Below are positions 1 to 11,859 of a stretch of DNA of 64,000 nt, one piece after another. Both the position numbers and the translations under genes were made by a program. Where the stretch lies: contig NC_086097.1 of NCBI RefSeq assembly GCF_963921235.1, forward strand, positions 166,286,001 to 166,350,000, given 5' to 3'. Position 1 is the stretch's first letter. Each line of letters starts with the position of its first letter. Origin of the DNA: Mobula hypostoma. Lineage: Eukaryota. The notes beneath the pieces are model-generated. The model made no database searches, was not told the origin of the DNA, and saw nothing but the letters and a program-made list of their open reading frames with translations.

Positions 1-884
1 TCAACCAACTACAAATGTCACAGCAAATTGATCCAATTAACTTGACCTACGACTTTGCCTTTAAAGGGTAAGCTGGCTGGATGACACACTCTTTGAAATT
101 TTATAATACCCATACTCGGCATGTTATAAAGGATGCCACTGATTTTCATACCAGCACATTTAGCACAATGGATTACTGTGTGGGGTCAGATGGATTATTA
201 CTCTTTTTGAAAAGTGAATTAATTTATCATCGGCAACCAAAGCACAGCACCAGCTCTGGATAAGCACAATTTTAATCTCAGCATTAAATTCCAACGCTCT
301 CAAGTTTCTTTTTCACTCCTCCAGATCCAGACAGGAGAATAAGTGAACCATTCTACTTCAGTCTGTGCCTCCAATGGACAATCTGCTCAAAAATATGACT
401 GGAATATTTCTATTTATTTCAAATTTAATGATAACATTTTACTGAACTGCCAAGTGAAACTCGGAGAAGGTGAATGAGGTTTTTATGATATTTATAAGGA
501 ACAAGTCACCTGCATTCATAGAAAATACTTTGTTGGCTTTTACCAACAACGCGTGAAGGGGAATAAAGCTTGCTTCAAAGAAGCGCTCCGATGATTTCCA
601 TATGAACTGAGATACCTTTGTTAGAATTATCACAGAAGCCAATTTCACCTCACTAACAATATGAAGAACAAATGCCTCCAACTGGTTGATTCTCATATGT
701 TGATTGATGCAAGTTATTTTAAGCTTTCACACAACCACTACATTTCTCGGCAAGCCATTTCGGCCTTTATCAGGATCCCACTCCTTTTTTGCCTTAAAAA
801 AACTTCAACTTGATTCAACTTCCGTTGTTCTTAAGGAAATGCTACATTGTACCTAAGATTAAAGGGACACTTACTTGTTTTCAG

Positions 885-959
885 TTCCCTGGTTCCAAGG
901 ATGCTGCTCTATCCTTGTGGTGGGAGTCAGGCAGAAAATGCATGGCTAATGGTTATACA
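885..959 (+). other. Candidate 75-nt exon
   Basis: Acceptor ttacttgttttcag and donor ca|gtgagt in non-repetitive sequence; no recognisable homology. Confidence 0.2.
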
Positions 960-1379
960 GTGAGTGTTCATGACATGTTTATTTAAATATTACTTCTCAG
1001 GAAAATAGAAACCAATGTCATAGATGAAAGAGGATGCATTAACATGGACTGTTAAATTTCATCTGTTAAATTAATGCACCTTCGGTAAGATACTGGCACT
1101 GAAGAATGGCTAACCACCCACCCCCGCCCTAGCTCCCTTTCACCTGCATTCAGTCAATTCATCCTGAGAAGAACAAACTGCTCTGACAATTCAGAAGCTG
1201 ACCTGTTTTAGATTCCTCTTAATCCAAGTGAGACCAGTCTCAAAGTCATGCAGCTGCTAACTACTTCTAAACTACAAAGATACCACTGTTTCTTTACTTC
1301 TGCTGGAACCTCCTACATTGATTGATTATGCATGGTACATCCACCTGGTCCAAGTTATTTAACGGCCAGAGTTAGAATC

Positions 1380-1900
1380 ACGGAAACAGGCCCTTTGCCT
1401 TAACCAGTTCATGGCAACCATGGTGCCTAGCTGGCTAATCTCAATTTCCTTCGTTTTGTCCATACCCCTCCAAGCCCTGCCCCACAATCTACTTCTGCAA
1501 GTGCTTCTTAAACGATACCCTTGCACCTGTCGCAACCACTTCCTCTGGCAGCTCATTCCACATACTCACCACCCTCTGCGTGAAAAAGTAGCCCATCAAA
1601 TCCCTTTTAAGACTTTGCCCTGTCACCTTAAACCTATGCCACCAGGCTTTGGACTCCAGTACCCTGGGACAAAAAATATTACCATCTATTTCTGCCTCTC
1701 AGCATTTTAAACAGTTCTACAATGTTGTCATTCATTGCCTATGTTTCACATTCTTCAAAGAACTTCAAAGCTACTTCTTCAAAGAACTCTAATAAACAGA
1801 TTAAACATCTCTCATTTACAGAACCATATTAATTTTTCCTGACTATTTTGAGTTTTTCTCAGTACCTTGCTATAAACTATTTAATAACAGCTCTAACCTT
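1380..1900 (-). mobile_element. Old CR1 LINE 3' fragments
   Basis: Resembles the CR1 3' ends elsewhere in the window (cacggaaacaggcccttt...ggcagctcattcca...ctcaccaccctctgcgtgaaaaag); decayed RT piece near 1770-1900. Confidence 0.55.
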
Positions 1901-2166
1901 CGTAGCTGCTGTCTGATCTGCCAAGTGTTTCTAATATTCTCCATATGTTTTGTGAGAAGAGAAACAAAATCAGGAGACTTAATGTCAGGTGTTAAAGATT
2001 ATGTACATCTTTGTTGTTACATTGCGACAGGAGAGTGAGAAGGAAACAATGGATCTAATAATAATGGATCCTCTTTACAGGGTTATTGAAGGAATTAACT
2101 CAAAAGAGCCATAAGGGTCTTGAAGAAAGACATTCACTTTCCATTCTGGAAGACTAGAAGAAAATC

Positions 2167-2420
2167 AGCATGGTAGTGTAGTGGTTACTGTAATACCTTA
2201 CAGTGCAGTGCTCCAGATTCACTTCCTGCCACTGTCTGTATGGAGTTTGTACATTCTCCCTGTGACCTCATTCCAAAGACAGACAGGTTATTAAGTTGTG
2301 GGAATGTCATGTTGGCCGCTCCCAGAGCATCCTCTGACTGTGTTGGTTGTTGATGCAAATGGCGCGTTTCACTGTATGTTCCAATGCTTCAATGTACATG
2401 TGACAAATAAGGCTAATCTT
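2167..2420 (+). mobile_element. V-SINE-like element (HE1/DANA type), degenerate
   Basis: tRNA-like A box (tggtagtgtagtgg), V-domain-like ggagtttgtacattctccctgtgacc, LINE-like tail tacatgtgacaaataa. Confidence 0.55.
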
Positions 2421-2569
2421 TTCTTTTTCTTTAGAAGTCATTGGAGACATGATCGGTGATAACCCAGGACCAGATGTCATAAAAAGTGGAATGCTGAGCC
2501 CAGAGCCTGCAGCCCACAGAACAAACCTATTCAGTTCCTTTAGATAGGATTTAATCTATGAGACAGAGT

Positions 2570-2835
2570 CGTACAGTCATAGAGCACTACAGCAGGCCCA
2601 TTGGCCCATCTACTCCATGCCAAACTGTTAATCTGCCTATTTCCATCAACTTTCACCCTCCTATCTATGTACTTAACCAAACAGGTCTTACATGTTGAAA
2701 TCACGCCCGCATCCAGCACTCCTTCTTGCAGCTCTTCCACACTCTCACCACTCTCTGAGTGAAGAAATTCCTCCTTATGTTTCCCCTTAAACATTTTACC
2801 TTTCACCCTAAACCTATGACCTCTATGGTTGTTTC
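2570..2835 (-). mobile_element. CR1 LINE 3' end
   Basis: Minus ORF 2540..2872 contains RGHRFRVKGKMFKG, the CR1 ORF2 C-terminus, followed by a 3' UTR. Confidence 0.7.
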
Positions 2836-2838
2836 GGT

Positions 2839-3112
2839 ATGTCAGAATCTGCTGACCTCCTGGGATTTTCATTCACAACAGTCATTAGAGTTTACACAGA
2901 ATGGTGTGAAAAACAAAAAACATCCAGTGAGAGGCAGTTCTGTGGGGGAAAGTACCTTGTTGATGAGAGAGATCAAAGGAGATTGGCTAGACTGGTTCAA
3001 GCTGACAGAAAGACGACAGTAATTCAAATAACCACACCTTACAATGGCAGTTTGCATAAGAGCATCTCGGAACACGTGACAGGTCGAGCACGTCGATGGG
3101 CTACAGCAGTGA
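2839..3112 (+). mobile_element. Tc1-like transposase N-terminal (HTH) fragment
   Basis: SESADLLGFSFTTVIRVYTEWCEKQKTSSERQFCGGKYLVDERDQRRLARLVQADRK fits the paired-like HTH/GRPR-like region of Tc1 transposases; no DDE domain. Confidence 0.75.
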
Positions 3113-3144
3113 TGAATACGTGGATTAAAATTTCTCATGATAAT

Positions 3145-4920
3145 TGCAGAGAATCCCTTTAGTGATATCCAGGCTCTTGTATTCTAGTCCTCTTGAAATG
3201 AATGCTAATTTTGCTTTTGCCTTCCTTACCACCAACTCAGCCTCCAAGCTATCCTTCAGGGAATCCAGTACAAGGACTGACAAGTCCATTTGCACTGCTG
3301 ATTTTTGAATTTTTTTACCCGTTTGGAAAATAATCTACACTTTAATTGCTTCTACCAAAGTGCATGATCATACATTTCCTTACACTAAATTTCATCTGCC
3401 ATCAATTCCATCATCCGAATCACTGACATATAATTTGAAAAGATGCCGTTCCAACACTGACCCTGTGGAATACCACTAATCACTGGCAGTCATTACCATA
3501 AAGGGCCCCCTTTATTCCCACTCTTTGCCTCCTGTCAGTCAGCCAATCTTCTATCTATGCTAGTATCTTTCCTGTAATACCATGGGCTCTCATCTTGTTA
3601 AGCATCCTCAAGTGTGACACTTGTCAAAGTCCTTCTGAAAATCCAAGTACACAACACTCACTACTTGTTAAAATCAGAATCAGGTTTACTGTCATTGACA
3701 TAAGTTGTGAAATTTGTTGCTTTGTGGCATCAGTACATTACAATACAATATAATAAAAACTATACAATACAGAGTATAAATGAAAAAAATAAATTAAATG
3801 AGTAGTGCAAAAAGAAAGAAAAATTACTGAGGCCGTGTTCATAGGTTTATTGTCCATTCAGAAATCTGATGGCAGAGGGGAAGAAGCTGTTCCTGAGACA
3901 TTAAGTGTGTGTCTTCAGGCTCCTGTACCTCCTATTTGCTTATTTCCTTAATGAATTCCAATAGATTTGTCAGGCCAGTCTTCCCCTTAAGTAACCATGC
4001 TGAATTTGCCCCATTTTATTATGTACCAAGCAGTCCAAAACCTCATTCTTAATAATGGATTCCAACATCTTTCCAACAACTGTAGTCAGGCAAACTGGCC
4101 TGTAATTTCTCTCTTTTTGCCTCCCTCCCTTCTTAAAGAATGAAGTGACATTTGCAATTTTCCAGTCCTCTGGAACCATTCCAGAATCTAGTGATTCTTG
4201 AAAGATTATTATTAATGTCTCCACAATCTCTTCAGCTATCTCTTTCAGAATCCGGGATGTGGTCCGTATATGCCAGGTGATTTATCTACTTTCAGACCTT
4301 TCATCTTTCCAAGTACACTCTCTTCTGCCCCCTGACACTCTTGAATTTCTGGCATACTGCTAGTGTCTTCCTTGGTGAAGACTAATGCAAAATACTTAAG
4401 TTCCTCTGCCGTTTCTTTGTCCCGTATTACTACCGCTCCAGCATTATTTTCCAGTTAACATTGCATTTGCCTACGTTACCACCAACTCAACCTGTAAGTT
4501 TAACCTTTAGGGAATCCTCTTCTCTTGCAGCCCACTCTTTGCCCCCTGTTACACTTTAACTCAACCCAATGACTGCAATTTTGTCCAGGCATCTGCCTGC
4601 CCTTCCTCAGAGCCTCACTACACACTACATCTAGTTGTATACCAAATGTCCAATCCTTATCCCCATCATTCTGGTTTCTATCCCCCTGCCAAATTAGTTT
4701 AAATCCTCTTCAGCAGCTGAAGAAAACTTGCCTGCAAGGATATTGGTCCCCCTCACGTTCAGGTGTAACCCATCCTTTTTGTACAGATCCTACCTTCCCC
4801 AGAAGAGATGCCAATGATCCAGAAATCTGAACCCTGCCCCGTGCAGCAGTTCCTCGGTCACTCATTCATTTGTACTACCTTCCTGTTCCTGCGCTGGCTA
4901 GCACATGGCACTGGGAATAA
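3145..4920 (-). mobile_element. Decayed, internally deleted CR1 (ORF1 end plus RT pieces), with a Rex-like 3' tail nested at ~3672-3930
   Basis: ORF 3970..4224 VPEDWKIANVTSFFKKG..NYRPVCLT; ORF1 C-terminal remnants at 4700-4900. Confidence 0.8.
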
Positions 4921-4934
4921 ACATCAGGACTAGG

Positions 4935-5230
4935 ACTGCCAGGCTGGGCAATATCTTCTTCCCTCAAACTGTGAGGCTAATGAATCCCCTACCGTCACCA
5001 AGGTCTCATCACTATGACAGTAAGCTGTATACTGTACTGTTTACTGTTTACCTGTGCTGTACCTGAGTACATGCATTTTGAATTATAATTTATTAATTAT
5101 AGTATAATATTTTGGTTTATGTACTGTGTGTGATATATGTTGCATGGGTGCACGGTGGTCTGAAGGAATGTTGTTTCATCTTGTTGTATATATATACACA
5201 CACAGTCATTAAATTTGAACTTGAACTTAA
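4935..5230 (+). mobile_element. Rex1/Babar-like LINE 3' end
   Basis: Encodes RLGNIFFPQTVRLMN, then a UTR ending in a (ttgaac)n tail. Confidence 0.6.
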
Positions 5231-6124
5231 TCCAAAGGTTTTGGGCCAAGACCCTTTGTCAGGACTGGAGAAAAAAGATGAGAAGTCAGAGTAAGAAGGT
5301 GAGAAGAGGGGAGGAAGAAATATGAGGTAGTAGAAACAGCTGCAGAAGCTTTATTACCCAGTGAGAGCTGACTTTCCAAGACCAGCCAGGTTGGTTCAGT
5401 GATGATGCACGTAAGCTGGCTGACATGGCGAATCTTCTAGGTGGACCCCACTCAGCCAGTTGAATGCCCTACAAGAATAAGTCTCTCCTGCAGCCCAGTC
5501 TTTCCAGCAATTTTTGGTCGCGTTCAAGAGAATGCTTAACCTTGCAATATAGGACCAGGAGACTGCTTGACCTGCACCAAGGGAGAGACTATGCAGTAAA
5601 GTTTCACATTCTGGTGGCTGAAGCTGCGTAGAATGAGAGATCTCTCATCTGCCTTCCAGCATGGGCTGAGCACGAAGGCCCAGCATGAGATCACAGGGTG
5701 TGATAAACAGCACAGCCTGGATGGGCTGAGAAACCTGGCCATTCGAATAGAAAACCAGGCAGCTGAGTGGTGCAGAGAGAAAATGCCCCAAGCCTCCTAC
5801 TCATCAGATCCCCTCTCTTTTCACCCCGTACACAGTCCACAGAGGAGCCCATATAGGTGGGGGCCTGCACCTATCTCCAGAGGAATGAGATTAGTGCAGA
5901 AAAACAGGTTTCTACCTGTACTCTGGCTCTCCAGGACACTTCTGGGCATGGTGCCCCAAGTGCCCGGTAAAAGAGAAGACCTGTCAGTAAGAAGGGGAAT
6001 TCTGAAGGATAAATTCTCTCTGCAAACACCTTTCCCTAATCAAGTAATGCTCCCATGTCATGGGGGTCCCAGACCCATGAGCTTCTGGCATTGATTGATT
6101 CCAGGGCTGTCAGGAACCTCATTG

Positions 6125-7084
6125 TGTCATGGTCTCGTCTGTGAAGTCCACATTCTGGTTCACAGTCCGGTCCATCGATCCATATTCCAGGTTTTCCGGT
6201 TTTCCCTTGTCCTGGTGTGTGCCTTAATTGAGGCACATGATTCTGATTTTGGGCTGACTACATAAATAGCTTCTGGCTTCAGCTTCATTTGCTGGACTAT
6301 TCCCTTCCCTTCCTTCGCCTGAAGCCTCGCCTGTTACCTCTGCCTGTGTCCTTGCCTGTAACGCTGTCAGGTTCAACTGCCAGGGCAAGATCAGGGCCTT
6401 GATGTGTCTAGATAAGGAACTGTCTTTCGTTGTTTGGAACTGTCTCTTTGTGTCCTCACCTTCACTAGGTAGGTCCGGCCATTTGCCACTACCTTGTGTT
6501 GAGAACCATCTGGTCGTGTTCAGCATTCTGTGTATGAGTCCCGTCCCTATGTCCTGCTCCCTAGGAGGGGTTCTGACTCTGTGTAGAGCCCTGGCCCCAA
6601 GTCCTATTCCCAAGGAGGGATCCCGGCTCTGCGTTCCTGTTCTCCCTCGACCAAGGCTCTGCGTTCCTGTTCTCCCTTGACCAAGTCAAGGCTTCATGTT
6701 CTCGTCCTGTCCATGTGCCTCGCCCAGCCCAGTGCTGGGGTTCCCCCATCCTGTCCAGGAGTCTCACGTCCAGTCCTGTTGCCACTCCTCGTCCTGTAGC
6801 CACGTCTTGTACTCACCTAGATCCAAGGTCCGAGCCCAAGTCAAGACCCAGGTTCCGGAGCCCCGTCCAGTCTCTGGCTTGGAGTCCTTGTCCAGGTTCC
6901 AAGTTCTAGTCCTAGCCCAGGCCCTGTATCCTAGTCTTGTCCAGGGCCTGTGTCAATGTCCAGCGTCCTTTCTTCCCCATTTCCCTTGCTTCCTTGACAC
7001 ACCAAGTCATGTTCCTTGTACTTCATTGTCTGTGCCTTGCATTTGGGTCCTCTCCCAGCACGCACCCTGCCCCCCATTATGACA
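6125..7084 (+). mobile_element. Solo LTR inserted in the Gypsy protease
   Basis: TGTCAT...ATGACA termini; 5-bp TSD CATTG (6120-6124)/CATAG (7085-7089); removal rejoins NLI|DISEAQR; internal 30-bp tandem duplication at 6625-6684. Confidence 0.85.
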
Positions 7085-9063
7085 CATAGATATCTCTGAG
7101 GCTCAAAGATGAAGAATTCCCACTCAGCAATTGAGAGAGAACTTTGATATCCATGCTCTGGATGGTCGGCTTCTGGATACTGGTGAGATCCATCTATCCA
7201 CACTACCCCTCCAACTTGCTCTAGAGAGCAACCATAAGGTACAGCTCTGCTTCTATCTTCATCTACACTGCTGCTGGTGCTTGGCCATGCCTGACTATCT
7301 AGACAAAACCCATGGATCGATTGGTCCCTACGGTGTTCCAAGAGTGGAGACTGGCATGCTCAAGCCAGCTGCTAGTGTAACCCCTCCTGAGCCAGCTGCT
7401 AGTCTGGACCTGTCTAGTGATCTAGCTGAATACACTGACCTCCACAAGGTCTCCAGTAAGAAGAAGGCTACCATCCTGCCTCTACACTGGCTATACGACC
7501 TTCCCATTGATCTCTTTCCTGGTTCTTGTCCTCCTTCTGAAACGGGGACCATGGAAGAATACATCAAGGACGCTTCCTTAGGATTTATCCATCCCTCTAA
7601 CTCACCAGCTGGGGTGGGCTTCTTTTTTTGTGAGCAGGAAAGATGGCAAACTCTGTCCCCGCATTGATTACCAGCCCCTCATTAATATCATGAAAAAGAA
7701 CTGATATCCTCTTCTCCTCCTTGTCTCTACGTTTAAGCATGTCAAGGGGGCAACCATAACCTCAAAGATAGATCTGCACCATGCTTGCACCCTGGTTCAC
7801 ATTCGAGAAGGGACAAGTGGAAGACAACATTCAACACCCCCATTGGCCACAATGAGTACTTCATGATGCCATTTAGTCCTGTCAACACCCCTGCTGTTTT
7901 TCAGACTCCCATCAATGATGTGCCCTGGGACATGTTGATATCAATTTGCTTTTTGTATTTGTTCCACTCTCACCAGTAACACATCCAGAATGTCTGGGAG
8001 GTTCTCAAACAGCTCCTTGAGAACAAGCTTTATGCCAAATCAGAGAGGAATGAGTTCCACAAAGAGCAGGTATCATCTTTGGGCTACATCTTCACCTTCT
8101 CCAGTGTTCAAAGGGACCCATGTGAAGTTCAGGCAGTCACCAAGTAACCCAAACCATCTATGGTCAAACAGGTGTGGCACCTCTTGGGGTTTGTAATCTT
8201 TTATTGCCACTCCATCAGAAACTTCAGTCCCATTGCAGCTCCCATAAATACACTCACCAAGAAGACCTCTGCAGGATTTATGAAGACAATTGAAGCAGAC
8301 CAAGACTCCAAGTGACGCTTCACCACTGCCGTATTACTGTAACATTTAAAGGCATCCAGTCTATTCTTCATTGAGATTGATGCATCAGATGCTGGCATTG
8401 GCACTCTACTTTCCCAATGCTCTTCAGTAGATAATTGGCTGCATCCCTGTGCTTTTTTTTCCCCGCACATGACTCCTGCAGGATCAGGATCCGAGAACTT
8501 CTGGTTGTCGTGGAGACCCTGGAGGCATGGTAACTTTGGCTGGAAGAAGCAGAGCACCCCTTTCTGGTATGGACAGGTCATAAAAACCTCTCCTACATTT
8601 GTGATGTCAAGAGACTCGACTCCTTTCAAGCCCGTTGGTCTCTCCTCTTCACTTGTTTTAATTTTAACCTTACCTACCATCTTAGCAGCAAGAATACCAA
8701 GGTTGATTTCTCTCCCTTCAATATGACATCTCTGAAAACAACTCCAGTCCAGTGCCCATCCTTCCCCACACATGCATTGCTACTCCGGTGACTTGGGGAA
8801 TAGGAGCAGAAACTAAGGCCGCACAGCAGTTGGATCCAGGCCCAGGCGGGGACTCCCAGTCGGCTGTTTGACCCTGCCACCATGCACCCCGGAATGTTAG
8901 AGTGGGGTTACTCTTCCTATCTGATTGGCCACCCGGGTTTCAACACAGTCTGGAGTTTCTAAAGAGACAATTTTGGTGGTAGTCTATGTCCCAAGATGTC
9001 CATGATGTCATCTCTGCCTATGTTACTTATGCCCAGGACAATGTGTCACATCAGAACCTTGCT

Positions 9064-10231
9064 AACATAACATAAGAACATAAGAAATACAAGCAGGAGT
9101 AGGCCATCTGGCCCATCGAGCCTGCTTCACCATTCAATAGGATCATGGGTGATCCGACTATGGGCTCATCTCCACCTACTTGCCTCTTCCCCATAACCTT
9201 TCATTCTCCTACTATGCAAAAATCTATCCAATCTTGTCTTAAATATATTTACTGAAATAGCCTCCACTGCTTCATTGGGCAGAGAATTCTACAGGTTCAC
9301 CACTCTCTGAGAAAAGCAGTTCCTCCTCATCTCCATTCTAAATCTACTCCCCTGAATCTTGAGGTTATGTCCCCTAGTTCTAGTCTCAACTATGAGTGGA
9401 AGCAACTTTCCTGCCTCAGCTTACCTATTCCTTTCATAATGTTATATGTTTCTATAAGATCTCCTCTCATTCTTCTGAATTCCAGTGAGTACAGTCCCAT
9501 GTGACTCAATCCCTCCTCATAGTATAACCCTCTCATCTCTGGAATCAACCTGAACCTCCTCTGCACTGCCTCCAAGTATAACCTCCTTCAAGTAAGGAGA
9601 CCAGAACTGCACGCAATACTCCAGGTGCAGCCTCACCTATACCCTGTACAGTTGTAGCATTACCCCCCTGCTCTTAAATTCAATCCCACTGGCAATGAAG
9701 GCCAACATTCCATTTGCCTTCTTGATAGCCCGCTGCACCTGCAAACCAACCTTTTGCGATTCATGCACAAGCACTCCCAAGTTTCTCTGCATAGCAGCAT
9801 GCTGCAATTTTTACCATTTAAATAATAATCTACGCTTTTACTTTTTCCTTCCAAAGTTGATGACCTCGCATTTACCAACATTGTACTCCATCTGTCAGAC
9901 CCTTGCCCACTCATTTAACCTATCTATATCTCTCTGAAGACTCTCCATAACTTCTGCACAATTTGCTTTTCCACTCAATTTAGTGTCATCAGTAAAGTTA
10001 GACACACTACACTCAATCCCCTCTTTCAGATCGTTAATATATACTACATTCGATGACCTCTCTCAGGTCGTTAATATACACCACACTCGGTCCCCCCTTT
10101 CAGATCGTTAATATACACTACACTCGGTCCCCCCTTTCAGATTGTTAATATACACTACACTTGATCCCTCCCTTTCAGATCATTAATATACACTACACTC
10201 TGTTCCCTCTTTCAAATCGTTAATATCATCA
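9064..10231 (-). mobile_element. 5'-truncated CR1 inserted in the Gypsy integrase
   Basis: 3' cataagaa-type microsatellite tail at 9064-9085; ORF2 C-terminal peptides (GLYSLEFRRMRGDLIETY); TTGCT repeated at 9059-9063 and 10232-10236 as a TSD. Confidence 0.9.
10003..10226. repeat. Six tandem ~37-bp units at the CR1 5' truncation point
   Basis: Unit approx. cactacactcggtccccctttcagatcgttaatata; its reverse complement is the CR1 RT segment YINDL-EG-ECSV. Confidence 0.9.
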
Positions 10232-11417
10232 TTGCTGGTCTGCTCTGCCCGCTGTCCATGCCATTCCTCCTCAGGTTCCAACTCTAAGTGGATTTCATCA
10301 CTGGTCTGACCCTATCAGATGAAAAAATTACCACCTGGTACTTGTGGACTGGTTCCCTAAACCATACCACTTCATTGCTCTCCTCAACCTCCCATCAACA
10401 TACCAGGCTTCCACCCTCATGGTTCATCATGTGTGGTTTCCTTCCAGATATAGTGTCAGACCATGGACCACAGTTCATATCCCATGTTTGGAATGCTTCC
10501 TGTTCTCTTTTGGGAGCCTCGGTGAGCCCCTCATCGGGGTTCCACCCCCAATCTAACGACCAGACTGAGAGAGTAAGTCAGGAGCTGGAGACAACCCTGT
10601 GCTGCTTTGTCTCTTCCAACCCTACATTCTGGAGCTTCCAGCTGGTCTGGGCAGAAACTGTCGACAATTACCTCCAGGTGTCCTCCACTGGCATGTTCCC
10701 CATTGAATGCAAAAAGGGATTCCAGCTACTACTCTTCCCGGACCAAGAGCCTGATGTGGGAGTCCTTGCTGTTGAACGGTTGGTCCATTACTACAAGCAC
10801 ACGTGAAGACAGCTTGGGCTTCTTTGTTGTCCATCCAGAAACAATATCCCTGGCAGACTGATTGGCTTCACCAACACGTGAGGCCTTTTAGGCTAGGTGA
10901 AAAACTCTAGCTGGCATCTAGTGATCTTCCATTTAGAGTAGAATGCAAGTTGTCTGCATGCTACATGGGAACATTCGTAGTAGAGAAGGCTATCTACAGA
11001 GCCTCCAGTAGGCTGTGCCTACCATCATTGGTGAAGGTTCACCCATTTCAAGCGGGTGATATTCCCCCTTGCTGTAGTCATGCAGCCCCTTCCCAGCTTG
11101 GTGGATTCTATTCTGTGCTGTGCATTCTCACATCTCACTGGGTGAGGGATAGGATCCCGTACCTTACCTTAGCAGGGGAGCGGCCCAGAGGAATTTCCTT
11201 GGGTTCCGGCTCAACACATCCTGGACTAGTCTGGCACCTCAGGAATTGTGGCGAGGCCGAGGGGCCCTGTCACAACTGCGAAAACTGCACCGGTGTCTGG
11301 GTGTTCTTGCAAACAGACAACTGAAAGAAGATGGCAATCGCACACGTGAGAATGCACACATTCTAACCAGTTAGGGTTTCTTTATAACTGTGTTTAACTC
11401 TCTTCATTTTGTTTCAG

Positions 11418-11588
11418 TTTTGTCACGGCTGAGGTGTTGAGCATGATAGAAGTCCACGAAAACGAGAGCAGGGTGCAGGCAGGTCTTCATCTCATCTCCC
11501 TGTGCTTAACCGGTCTTCCTCTCCTTCTCACTATCTGCTTTTGAGGAAAATGCTGAAGTCTTGTGTTCCACGTTTCAAGGGTTGAATG
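11418..11588 (+). other. Candidate 171-nt exon
   Basis: Branch-like tttaac, acceptor tcttcattttgtttcag, donor tg|gtgagg; all three frames contain a stop. Confidence 0.2.
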
Positions 11589-11859
11589 GTGAGGCTCATG
11601 ATTTTGGACTCATTTGGACTCATCAAATAATATTTGATGCCACAATGGTAGAAAATTCAAATTTGATTGCTTATGATAAATGTGTGTGTGATTATAAAAC
11701 ACAATTTCCACTGGACACTAAGTTCCTTTGACTTCAAAGGACCATAGAATGTGATTATGCATTGATGGCAATCTACAGTATGTAGCACTGGCCAATATTC
11801 ATAGAATAGCACAGCACAGTACAGGCCGTTCGGCCCACAATGCTGTGCTGACCCTCAAA

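Larger units (their letters stand above)
5400..11320 (+). mobile_element. Decayed Gypsy/Ty3 chromovirus (sushi-like) LTR retrotransposon
   Basis: Domain order: gag with degenerate Zn knuckle YLYSGSPGHFWAWCP (~5910-5960); protease ALIDSRAVRNLI|DISE..IHALDGRLL; RT ([31 protein letters not shown]); RNase H (IEIDASDAGIG); integrase (DFITGL, PDIVSDHGPQF, SGFHPQSNDQTER); chromodomain-like GPEEFPWVPAQHILD (~11100-11225); purine tract then TGTCA at 11268. Many stops and frameshifts; 5' LTR not identified. Confidence 0.92.

Noticed and set aside
5400..8800. Domesticated PEG10/RTL-like gene
   Set aside because: Numerous stops, frameshifts, deletions and a nested LTR.
10003..10226. CRISPR-like array
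   Set aside because: Head-to-tail units with no unique spacers; derived from CR1 RT; eukaryotic context.
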